Assembly: GCA_937958105.1 (NCBI GenBank)
Contig: CALFXJ010000038.1
Span: 55,555-119,554, forward strand
Direction of reading: 5' to 3'
Length of the DNA stretch: 64,000 nt
Source of the DNA: an uncultured Cellvibrio sp.
GTDB lineage: Bacteria > Pseudomonadota > Gammaproteobacteria > Pseudomonadales > Cellvibrionaceae
In this document: piece after piece, positions 37,901 through 47,800 of the stretch
How positions within the stretch are numbered: position 1 is the stretch's first letter
Layout: the number at the start of each line of letters is the position of its first letter
Position numbers and translations under genes: made by a program
The notes under the pieces: generated by a model
Databases searched by the model: none
Told to the model about the DNA's origin: nothing
The model's input: the letters and a program-made list of their open reading frames with translations, nothing else

Positions 37901-40111
37901 ACGCAGTGTATCGTCAAGATAAAGCTGTACATCATCTAACGACCAGGCAGTTATGACTTCACCAGTGACTGTAACAGTCGGAGCTGACACTTCAGAGCCA
38001 TCAAACGGTCCGCTAACGATTAATTGAGGAAGTGATATTCTGTGAACAAGAATAGAATCTACCGTTATGTTGCCGGAAAAATCTCGTGCCTCAACTTGAA
38101 TAAGGTTGCCCCCCAGCACCAGCGGGACACTTGCAGAGAAAGTTTGCTCATTGAGCGCAGCCGTAATCTGGTGGCCTTGTGTAGTGGACAGGACTACCGA
38201 TGCGATACCGCTATTTTCCTGTACCGGATCAATAACATTGCCTGTGATGAGGATTTCGCCAGCATCTATTGGCGTATCCGGCTGGTCAATCTGTAACTGC
38301 GGGGGAGTCAGATCTGGAGCAGGAGAAGTTCCTTGGCAGAGTTCACCAAAGTCAGCTAGTGAGACTGCGTTTGGCGTATAGGTCACATGACTGTCACTAT
38401 CTAAGGTAATTCCTTTGCCGTTCACTGCACCAAAGATCTGGGTTTGATAGTTCAACCTTACTTGACCACGACTATAAACCAGGGCGTGAGCGCTGCTGCT
38501 AGTATGAAATTCAATATCACCATAGCCATAGATAATGAGTTTGGCCGAATCCTCGGTGTTGCCATTAAGTTGAGCAGACCATGGAATATATAAGGGGTCC
38601 CTGATAAATAATCGCGCCGTTCCATTACCCACTACCTCTATCCTGGTGTCTGCTTCAAGTGCTAGACGCTCGATCCAATAATCCCCGGCGGGCAATCTTA
38701 GAGTGCTGCCGTAGCCTACATTCATTTCGCGAATCAGGTACGCATCAGGTTGAGCGGTAAAGTTTACTGTTGCATCAGCGGCAAGTGTGACCTGTCCGTG
38801 CTCCAGCTCATCGCTACCATTAATCGTGAATATGGATGACCAAGGCACCATTATCGTATTAGTTGCCAGTGTTGACTTAAAATCTCCCGCAGTTAATGTT
38901 TGGCTGGGAACGCCTGTCGCAACGCATTGAGTATCCTCACAGCTCTGAGCCGATCCACCCATAGTAATCACATCAACTGCTGATAACTGATGTGATGAGC
39001 CGCTGCGTAACTGCGCATTCTGCTGAAAGCTTATGGTTCCCACGTCGCCATGAGCCTGGAGTCCATTACCGAATGCCGCACGACATATGTTTCCAACAGG
39101 AGGTGGTGAGCTGCCCACAGGTGGCTCCTGGCTCCCATCACCACCTGTTCCTCCACAAAATGTGGATAATTCAGTCTGAGCAAGCGATCCGACGTCTGCA
39201 TAAATTTTTCCGGAGGAGCCAAGATTAGCCTGATGAAAACTGGCAACGCCGTAGAGCTTGGCTTGCGCGATACTAAGCCTGTTTTTACTGTAGCTCACCG
39301 CAGATACTTCAGAACCCGCCTGAAGGGTCAGATCTCCGTGGGTATAGATAAATAGTTTGCTGGCATTATCCGGGCTGCCTGCCGATGTCATGTTTGCATA
39401 GGACTGCCAGGGAAATGTTAGTCCGTTCTTAACGTAGAGCTGGGCAGTTCCCTCACCTACCACGTTGATTCGGCTCCCTGTGGCCAATGTCAGATTATCA
39501 ACCCAATAAATACCTGGCGATAAATTTAACGTAGCTGCATAACCAAGATTTAATTGATTGATATGGTATGAAGTTGTAATGGGTGAAAAAGTTAAAACTC
39601 CTTCTCCATTAACAGTAACGGATCGAAATTGATTATATTGATGCGTGCCTAAGGTAGCACTGCCTTGATAGACCACCTGGTAGTCAACACTACTGGTGTT
39701 TTCTGGAAAATCTATGTTAACAGCCTCAGCGTGTTGCGCAGAGGCACTGCAGCGGCGTGTACCACAACTGGGCAAAACGGACCAAGCAGAGTCATTGACG
39801 CGTGCCACCATTAATGATTCTTCTGCGGCATCCAACAGCTGTGCGTTCCAATCAAAACTGATTTCACCATCCGGCTGATGGCTCTGAACAGCCACGGGAA
39901 AAATGCTTTCACATGGTAGAGATGCTCCGAATACCGGGCTGCAAAGCGTTAGAAAAACCCATCCCATCAATTCAGAAATGCCCTTTTTCCTGGCATTGCT
40001 AAATGACCATCCCTCGAGAGCCGAGTCCTGTCTATTTAAATAATTTTCCATACGACCCTGTCTCATGTAGCCCAAGAGAGACCCTGCTCTCGCTGATAGT
40101 AAAGAACCCAT
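34961..40111 (-). CDS. Large exported Ig-like/TSP3-repeat protein with a duplicated N-terminal domain
   Basis: Repeated Ig-like units (PPQLQIDQP, PRLVNISPANG, PRLSIVAPANG); Ca-binding DxDxDG repeats at about 37580-37770; SbsA-Ig-like ELVRYSPENN; carboxypeptidase-regulatory-like GGVVDQFGQPLSGV. Overlaps the next gene (ATGA). True start uncertain. Confidence 0.8.
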   Translation of the reverse strand: MGSLLSARAGSLLGYMRQGRMENYLNRQDSALEGWSFSNARKKGISELMGWVFLTLCSPVFGASLPCESIFPVAVQSHQPDGEISFDWNAQLLDAAEESLMVARVNDSAWSVLPSCGTRRCSASAQHAEAVNIDFPENTSSVDYQVVYQGSATLGTHQYNQFRSVTVNGEGVLTFSPITTSYHINQLNLGYAATLNLSPGIYWVDNLTLATGSRINVVGEGTAQLYVKNGLTFPWQSYANMTSAGSPDNASKLFIYTHGDLTLQAGSEVSAVSYSKNRLSIAQAKLYGVASFHQANLGSSGKIYADVGSLAQTELSTFCGGTGGDGSQEPPVGSSPPPVGNICRAAFGNGLQAHGDVGTISFQQNAQLRSGSSHQLSAVDVITMGGSAQSCEDTQCVATGVPSQTLTAGDFKSTLATNTIMVPWSSIFTINGSDELEHGQVTLAADATVNFTAQPDAYLIREMNVGYGSTLRLPAGDYWIERLALEADTRIEVVGNGTARLFIRDPLYIPWSAQLNGNTEDSAKLIIYGYGDIEFHTSSSAHALVYSRGQVRLNYQTQIFGAVNGKGITLDSDSHVTYTPNAVSLADFGELCQGTSPAPDLTPPQLQIDQPDTPIDAGEILITGNVIDPVQENSGIASVVLSTTQGHQITAALNEQTFSASVPLVLGGNLIQVEARDFSGNITVDSILVHRISLPQLIVSGPFDGSEVSAPTVTVTGEVITAWSLDDVQLYLDDTLRPLSGTAGAYLFSFLVMLQEGNNVLTLEATSPDGSVSQSLNIKYSKPDRDGDGIPDDEDAFPDDPNESSDMDGDGIGDNSDPDRDGDGFSNEEELQAGTNPDDVNDYPDRVAPLLQISNTPDEMVQSPTVVLRGSVSDPAQPYSGIQSVTVTSDRFPASAVTATITANQFMAEVPLAVGMNLLTVVAADFSGNMTQATHQVQRSSPPRLVNISPANGAVISEETVTIKGQVETLLALDAIRFYINEWQITPDGTGQEGLYAFALPDIRLQQGQNVFVLRVESLAGADSQTLTITYTPEDPDAIEEPRLSIVAPANGSQLRDSSFRFKGRVISHAGFAEVTVNGMAVSAPAGNLQDYYFEQVISFPEGIDTVDVTVEARDALGKTSRLVAQYHRDGTPPRLILDASLQPSPAVNNVIQSPFVVNGTVSDDNLSSITVNDQPLVLRPGASVGQYDFTLPVSLAAGAQAQLVFNAYDISGNRTSVAYIFQSTAQASITPLLPGENAELLGRGDPIKVQAAARLTEIGEGHRVVVVVNTQQTELTVVGTLASGDVTVPPQAGTYTLNYQVLNAQNIIVASTTRQVRVTDETAIPVELVRYSPENNANNREPNQPVELYFNKAIDPSKLTITVSETLHGNTYLNLDPSGADFLTAQGYQLQEVHRDNEIVPGAVSVLPGNQSFAYYANRHFGFNADVYVDVIYDGNELGRFNFKIRQLPTFIIGGVVDQFGQPLSGVPVKLTSLNRTTTTNNDGSFAFGFQEAAGNEIPGGRHELIINPDFAVPGYGTQVRTINLQQGRKNEISLSRLPELHPDIPFQLISADQGLVSLAGDELRLDLTGARLLFKNGRTSGNLQVQFMPYSQLNAAVTPGAWPQWMFAGQPRGVAVENPISIDIKVPMLAGTYDYISPEIKYVVLLGYNPDREVIEPVGIGQIENYRIISVGKVQINTLDYIGYALVDLSQQPLLQDVVDGTKTLQQLRSALQQ

Positions 40112-40120
40112 GTGAAAAAC

Positions 40121-41020
40121 TTAGTCAGCTTGAGAGATGATCTCAACCTGAACCTTTTCTCGCGCCTCTTGTGAAGCATTCTTAACAGCCTCGCGTAGCA
40201 TTATCGGAGCCAAACGCTGGCGAATATCCCCGCTCACCTCAGCTAAAGATTTAGGAGGGGTTTTGACGAGATTGGTTACTCGTACCAGGTGTAATTGTCC
40301 ATCAATATAAAAAACATTGGACGTATTGCCTTTATCAAGGGCATTAACTTGCTGCTCTAAGACCTTATTCAACAGGCCTTCTGTGACCCTTGCCTTTTGA
40401 TGCCTGAGCCCCCACCGCTCATCCCACTTTGCAGCAGAAGACGACCAGTTGGTGGTTTGTCTTATTTCTGGAATGCTCCCCAGCAGATCATCTCGCATAG
40501 CATCTGAAATATTGGCTGGCGCAACCAACATTTCATAATCACGGATATCTACCGAACCAAACTCCTCCGGGTGCTTCTCATAATATTCATTAATCATCTC
40601 GGGCGTGACGGGCGTTGGTGTTACATGAGCCTGAAGATATTCTTTTACATACAGCTCTTCCTGATAAACTCGAGTCAGATTTGCAATTTTCTGAAGCTGA
40701 TCTTCAGAAAGCTCCTGCAGAGCCAGCTGCTTCATAGCGCGACTCGCGATCAGGCTATCAAGTACTTTTTGACGGAGGCTTTCATCGAAATTGAACATGT
40801 CTGCCTGGCTGAACGTGCGCTCTATAGAGAATAGCAGGTCATCTTCAGTAATCTCTTCACCGTTAACCTTGGCCAGGACCAGAGAGGATTGGGCTGTATC
40901 CTGCCCCTCCTGCTTCTGGTCACAACCAGTCAACCCGATACTCAAGAAAATGAGCAGAGCTGATATTCGAGGCATAGTCACCCGAGAGACTTCGGTGGGG
41001 ATTTTCCTGTACAACAACAT
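40121..41020 (-). CDS. Lipoprotein SurA/PrsA-like chaperone with a degenerate parvulin domain
   Basis: Lipobox LTGC; LAKVNGEEITEDDL; LAEVSGDIRQRL; lacks the HIL and GGDLG motifs. The start may be 40975. Confidence 0.75.
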   Translation of the reverse strand: MLLYRKIPTEVSRVTMPRISALLIFLSIGLTGCDQKQEGQDTAQSSLVLAKVNGEEITEDDLLFSIERTFSQADMFNFDESLRQKVLDSLIASRAMKQLALQELSEDQLQKIANLTRVYQEELYVKEYLQAHVTPTPVTPEMINEYYEKHPEEFGSVDIRDYEMLVAPANISDAMRDDLLGSIPEIRQTTNWSSSAAKWDERWGLRHQKARVTEGLLNKVLEQQVNALDKGNTSNVFYIDGQLHLVRVTNLVKTPPKSLAEVSGDIRQRLAPIMLREAVKNASQEAREKVQVEIISQAD

Positions 41021-41023
41021 AAA

Positions 41024-41839
41024 TTAATCCTTTCGGCTCACTTTGATCGTTTTCAAAAGGCGTTCAGTCTCGACAATCTTGGTTTCGTTACGTAACTGAT
41101 AACGAATATCACCTTCAACAGCATCCAAAGGACGCGTTACTTTTTGCGGGCCCTCTACTGCCTTAATCACATGAAAGCCAAAAGGGGTCAAAAATGGCTC
41201 AGATACATCACCGGGCTTCATGGAGAACAATCTTTCAGAAAACTCAGGATCAACAGACCCTTCGGCCAGCCATCCAAGATCTCCGCCCTTCTTTGCTGAT
41301 ACCGTATCTTCTGAATAAATTTTCGCTACATCTGTAAATTCTTCGCCTTTTTGAATGCGGCTGTAAGCCTCATGTGCTGTACTGAGTTTCGCCTGCCGCT
41401 CTGTTTCGCTCATTTTTGAATCGACGCGGACAAGTATGTGTGCAACGTGCATCCGCTGAGTCTCATAATCAGCCATGTTATTAGTGTAAAAATTCCGCAC
41501 AGCGTCATCGTCCACTGATTTTTTGAGATGCTCCTCAAAATAGCGTCCAATCAGCATTTGTCGACGAAACTCTTCCAGCTCGGCACCAATTAAGTCGGCA
41601 TCAAGCTTTTCTGTCTTCTCTATTGCTGCCGCTAACGCAGCTCGCTGTACGTATTCGTCCAATGCTCTATCAACACGAGCCTTGTCTTGCTCGGGAACAC
41701 GTTTGAATTTTAAATACGCATCAAACTCCGCTTGGGTGATATCGCGTCCATTTACGGTCGCAATAGTGCCTGAATCACTGCATCCTGACAGAGCCAGAAA
41801 AGCGCAAAAACATAATGTTGAAACTTTTACTGCATTCAT
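41024..41839 (-). CDS. Lipoprotein parvulin (PpiC-type) peptidyl-prolyl isomerase/foldase
   Basis: Lipobox LSGC; IATVNGRDIT; HVAHILV; SAKKGGDLGW; TPFGFHVIK. Confidence 0.92.
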   Translation of the reverse strand: MNAVKVSTLCFCAFLALSGCSDSGTIATVNGRDITQAEFDAYLKFKRVPEQDKARVDRALDEYVQRAALAAAIEKTEKLDADLIGAELEEFRRQMLIGRYFEEHLKKSVDDDAVRNFYTNNMADYETQRMHVAHILVRVDSKMSETERQAKLSTAHEAYSRIQKGEEFTDVAKIYSEDTVSAKKGGDLGWLAEGSVDPEFSERLFSMKPGDVSEPFLTPFGFHVIKAVEGPQKVTRPLDAVEGDIRYQLRNETKIVETERLLKTIKVSRKD

Positions 41840-41883
41840 GATTTATCACCTTATTCAATCTGCATATCTAAATAAAAATACTG

Positions 41884-44800
41884 TTACCAACCGTAGCCAT
41901 AACCGTAACCGCTGTCTGGTTCACTGCCCCACCAGTCACCGCCGCCGGAGCCATATCCACTGCCGTAACCACTACCTGAACATTCAAAGTCTGCATAATC
42001 GCTCATCTCTGGCACGTAGGCCTCTACAAAAAACTCACCGTTTTGGTCACTTAAGCTTCCAACCATCAGGTAATAAACTCCTCTGGGAAGAAGCGCAATA
42101 AATCCAAGGTCCTTTTCACACGTTTCTGGTGCAAGAGCGACGACAGCACCTGCTGCAGTACGGATCAAGACTTTCGGCTCAAAATCCTGACTGCTAACCC
42201 GAATAACGTAATAGTCATCGGTTGTGATTTCCAAAGGAACAATAACGGCATCGGGAGCCATCAACTCTCGAATCGCAATGATGTCCGGATACATCCTTTC
42301 CTGCGGAACAGGAATGGGAACTGGCGCAGGTATAAGGCGGCGATAATACCGCGTGCCATCGCCTAGCTCTCCATAATAGTTGCTTCCCCATCCCCACAGA
42401 TTGTTCTGTGTATCCTTCATAAGGACATGGCTATATCGAGCTTTAATCTTGATGGGTTTTACGTTCCCGAGCTTATCCAAGTTAACCAGGTCCGGTATTA
42501 CACGGGAATAGGAATCTCCATCGCCTAGTTGACCCTCTCCATTACGCCCCCAACCCCATATACGAGACAGGTCATCGAGAATTAAGCTGAACCCATCACC
42601 TGCAGCAATCGCGACAATTTCAGCATCATCTAAGAAGCTGGTATCCATCAAAGTAGGTAACGATCTTAAAGTTGTTGTTCCATCACCCAGCTCTCCGTAG
42701 TTATTGCTCCCCCAACTCCATAAACGACCAGCGCTATCCAAAGCAAGAGTGTGCGAAAGCCCGACGGATACATTACTCCAGCGATCAACCCCTAAAGCCA
42801 TATTATCAATCAATGTTGGCACCAACCGATTTGTGCGAGAATTATCACCTAATTGGCCATAATAGTTGTAACCCCAACCCCATAGTCGCCCCTGATCATC
42901 CAGCATCAGGTTGTGGTACGTTCCTGATGCTATGGCAACTGGTTTGGCATCGCCAAAAATGGACGATGGCAGTAAGTAGGGTTCTCGCAGTGCGACCGTT
43001 GTTGAATTTCCTAATTGCCCTTCATAGTTACGTCCCCAGACCCAAATGCCATTGTCCTCATCCAGCGCGACACTGTGACCGTAACCAGCCGCAACGGAGA
43101 CGATAGGCTTGTTATCGAATAGGGCAGCATCCAACAGGAAAGGAGTCCCGACTCTATATTCACCTACAACGCCCACTTGGCTGTAGTAATTATAGCCCCA
43201 TGCCCTCACACGACCATCACTGGTTAAAAGCAGGTTATGCTGGCCCCCACTCACAACACTCAACACCTGAGTATTCGCAGGTAACGTCAAATTGAAAGGC
43301 AAAGGACGATCTTGAGGTATATAAGTTCCGTTACCTAACTGCCCGTCACCGTTCGCCCCCCAGCTCCACAGGCGGGATTTTTCGTCGCTTGCAATACTAT
43401 AGTTTTGACCTACAGAGAATAGATAATGATCATCTCTTGGGCAGCGAATTGTGTGACGGTCAATTTGCTGTGACTGAGCATCCAGGATTTCTATAGTTCC
43501 CATTGCAGCCACCTCAAAACGGGAGCAACTGTAGTCGGTATCAATAGTTAGTTCGCAACCGCTGCAGAGGATTCTTTCAACACTCGATTCGCCATCAACA
43601 GTTACAGCACCGTTTCCAGTAAAACGTACGAAGTAATCTTCTTCGGACGTATTGCGATGAATTATCTTTGCCGTGCCGTTTTCTTCCTTTTCTATGGCGA
43701 TATGAATATTTGGCAGGCACCTCAGCTGGAAACTGGCGGATGCGAGTTCGATATTGTTCTGATCCACCAACTCAAAATACTGAGTTGTCAAACCGGATTC
43801 CACGCAAATTGCGGGGTCAACTTCCAGGGTTCCACCGACCTCCTTCGGTCCACTGATTACAAACTCGTCACCTATTGATGAAAAACGAACATATGAATTA
43901 GTGGAGGTAATGCGCTGGACATTAAAGTATTCATTCTTCGCAACAATTCCTGTCAATCGTACGAAAGCATCCTGCCCAATTACAATGGATACCGGATCAG
44001 CCATTGCAGTTAATGAAAGTGAAGCCAGAGCATCCGCTTCTAACTCATTAATATGGCCAATAAAGGTAGGGGCGGCTCGCCCTGTTGTTGTACCGTCTCC
44101 CAACTGGCCGTAGTAATTTGCACCCCATGCCCATAGGCCACCATCCTCATCTATGGCCAGCGCATAGTTATAACCTGCATATACTTCTATTATCTTTCTT
44201 CCACCAAAGAGAGCTGGGTCAACCAATCCCGGATAATCACGGTAATATTCAGTTCCACTACCTAATTGTCCTTCCCAGTTTGAACCCCATGACCAGAGTC
44301 GGCCATCATCATCAAGGATAATGCTGAAAGCAGAGCCAGCTGTGATTGAAATGATTTTGTTGCCGGCTAACTGAGTCGTATCAACCAATCTCAGTGTGTG
44401 AAGCTCACCATTAGAACCGTCTTGCTCACTATCGCCCCACACCCACAGACGCCCCAAATCATCAAGCAAAAGGCTGTGGAAAGCACCCGCGACAATGGCG
44501 TTAATTCTTTGGCCGGCAAGATTCGAAATATCGACTAGAGTTGGCTTACCGACGCTATCCTCACCTCCAATTCCAAGCTGCCCCAGATCATTGGCCCCCC
44601 AGGCCCAAAGCCTTCCTTCGACATCTACTGCCAGGCTGTGAGCATACCCTGCTGCGACCGCTACAACAGCTGTATTATTAAAATAGGCCGCCTTGATAGG
44701 AGCAGGTATCCTGGCTTTAGGTTTTTCCGAACCGTTACGTCCCAGCTGACCATAATCATTGTTCCCCCAAGCCCAAACCTGACCCTGATCGTCGAGCAAC

Positions 44801-47800
44801 AGGCTGTGCTGATAACCAGATTCAAGAGCCTTGTATTTTGCATCCGGAACCAATGTAGATTTAAAGATCTCTTTTTCAAGCCATAGATTTCCGGCGCTAT
44901 CCAAGGCATAGGTAGCGTTGTTAGTAGCAGCTATGGACACCAGATCGTGCATACCATATCTGGCAGTGTTAACAAGATCGGGGCGAGTGTAGACATCGTC
45001 GTTAGGCTTTAACCCCCATGCCCAGAGTCGATTTAGATCGTCAAGAAAAACACTTCGATATTCATTTGTCTCCACCCGTTTTCTGGCTGGGGGACAGAAT
45101 AGTTTTTTCTTGTAAACAACATGATTGTCACTATCAAGAACTTCGATACTACCCAACTCGGTAATCATTTCTTTTGTAGGGCAACTGAAGTCCGTTAAGA
45201 AGCTGTTATGGCAACTGGGGCATAACTGCATCTCCGCCAACTGTGCCCCCGCGACCGTTACTCCTGGAGCTCCAATAAATCTAATTCGGTAGTCTTCACT
45301 GGATTCGTTAGTAACATCAATTTCAGCGCCATCATGTATGACTACCGATATATTGATAGATGGAGAACATTGAATACTGACGGTGTCAGAGGCCAGTGAA
45401 CGACCAGTCATATCTATAAGCTCGACAGGAACTTTTTGTTCTCCCACCGCTTTACATACTGAAGGATCTACCTCGATAAAATCTTCTTCTGCCCGCATTA
45501 ACGGCCCGCCGACCACAAAACTCGTACCGGATTTGAGAAAAGTTACAGACGTGTCACCCAGCAATATTTCATGCTTGTTAAAGAATGGGTTCGTTATGTT
45601 GACTTTTCCAACAGATACGGGGTGAGCTTCACCAACAGTGATCTGAGCATTACCTGCAAATAAAACTATATCCGCTAATGCAGCTCCGTCATCGAGCTTG
45701 CCCACAGGCTCCGGGATGTGAGAGCGGTAATCGGAGTTGCCTGTACCAAGTTGTCCAGAGCCATTTCTACCAAAAGCCCAGAGATTATTGTTTTCATCTA
45801 GGGCCAAGACGTGCCCCCTCCCAGCGGCGACCGTTGATATTCTGGCCCGTGATGGGATTTTTACTGGTACCAGTTCATTGTATGATTCTCTAGCGAGCTG
45901 GCCATCGCCACTATATCCCCAGCCCCATAACCCACCAGAATTATCCACAGCCAAACTATAAACTTCGCCCAAAGCTACTTGCGTTATTCTCCCCCCATCG
46001 AATTCTGGAATAATTACTTGAACAGGCTGCAGATTTTGCATCGTAGTTCCGGTGCCAAGCTGACCATATCCGTTGTAGCCCCACATCCATAAGCGGCCAA
46101 ATTCATCCAAAGCTGCGCTGTGACTATCGCCCGCTGCTATGGCTATAACTTTTGCCCCTTCCAGCATTGCCAGATCTATTTGAACAGGAACACTGGAGCT
46201 AACAGTCGTACCATTGCCCAGTTGACCAGATCCGTTGTAACCCCAAGCCCAAACACGCCGCTGACTGTCCAATGCCAGAGTATGTGAACTCCCAGTGACG
46301 ACGGTTAACCACCGGTCACCCGCTTGCAATACAGAACTAATTAAGGCTGGAACAGGTTGATAATAGCTGTTTCCTGGTATCCCCAATTGACCATCTCCGT
46401 TGTAACCCCACGCCCAGATCTCACCTGACTCATCTATGACGAAGCTGTGGTTACCTCCCGCTGCAATAACCTCTATCTTTTTGCCGTTAAATTTATCTTT
46501 TGCTATAGGTTTAGGTAGCGAAGCACCATAACGTTGACCGTTGCCTAGCTGACCATCGGAGTTCATACCCCAAACCCAAACCTGCCCTTGTTCATCTAAT
46601 GCCAAACTATGACTGTATCCAGAAGCAATGCTGAGCAAGCTGCGATCAAGGAATGTTTTACGCTCGATAGAGATTGGTATGATGTGATAGTCATTACCAC
46701 CTGTCACACCCAAGTCAAACTGGCGATTATCTCCCCAACCCCAGAGTTCATTCTCTTTATCTAATACAAAACTTTGATAACCGCCTGCGGCAATTCTCTG
46801 GATATCTTTCCGGGGACAGATCAGCTGTTGTCTGTCTATGACTACACCTTGACCATTAATGATCTCGATGTTCCCAAACAACAAATTGGAGGAATAGTCT
46901 GGACATGTAAAAGTCGATGGAATAACAACTTCACAGCCACGGCATAAATTGTATTGCAGCGGTATCGGTGAACCTTGGTCACTTTCAAATTCAAAACTCC
47001 AAACGATTGCATCAGCCTCATCGTTGTAGAACGCAAAGTATGGGCTTGTATACTGCTCCAAACCAAATGACCAGGATGTGGCACCATCTATCTCCTGCAC
47101 AACAATAGCATCTTCTGAAGATACATTAATGACGGTCGCGCTTGATGCTTGTTGGATCGTCAAATTAAACTTCAGGTTCTTTATGTCAGGCTGATCCAGC
47201 ACTACCCGCAACCCATTACCGCCTATTGCAAATGCCAGTTCAGAGATAGCTATAGCGCCTTTCGGAGTATCGATAACACGTTGAGAGATTTGCGTGTCCC
47301 CACGACCATTGCCCCAGTATCCAGCAATTGTCCCCGTGTTAGGAAACTCCGGAAAATGACCACCTCCGTTGTCCGTATATGTGTTCCACATAGAAATAGA
47401 TGAGTGATTTAGTGCAACAGGTGAATAGCGAACCACATAATCGTCGTTAAAATTATTTTTAACTTTGACTTCCGCTTCACCAGTCATTGATTGCTGAACA
47501 CGCACCTCAACATCTGGTAAACAATTGATAGAAACGGCTAGCTCTGCCAGTTCATTACCCTGCTCATCCCCTAAAGTAAATGAATAGGGAAACAGTCCTA
47601 TCTCTGAGCAGATTGAAGAATCCACCATTAAAGTCTCTGATACAGTCATTTCGGCAGGAACAATTACATCTTTTTTGCCAAAGGTGAAACCAAACAGGCT
47701 GTTACTGGCAAATACAGATGGATCGCTAAAGTACGCCCCACCTGCGAAGGTCACATTCGCAACAGAAATAGAGCGATTCTCGCCGATGCGAACCGGAATA

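Noticed and set aside
45208-45222. CXXCH heme motif (CPSCH) in the giant protein
   Set aside because: It aligns with CRGCE and CSGCE in the sister spacers, so the His is incidental; more likely a disulfide pattern.
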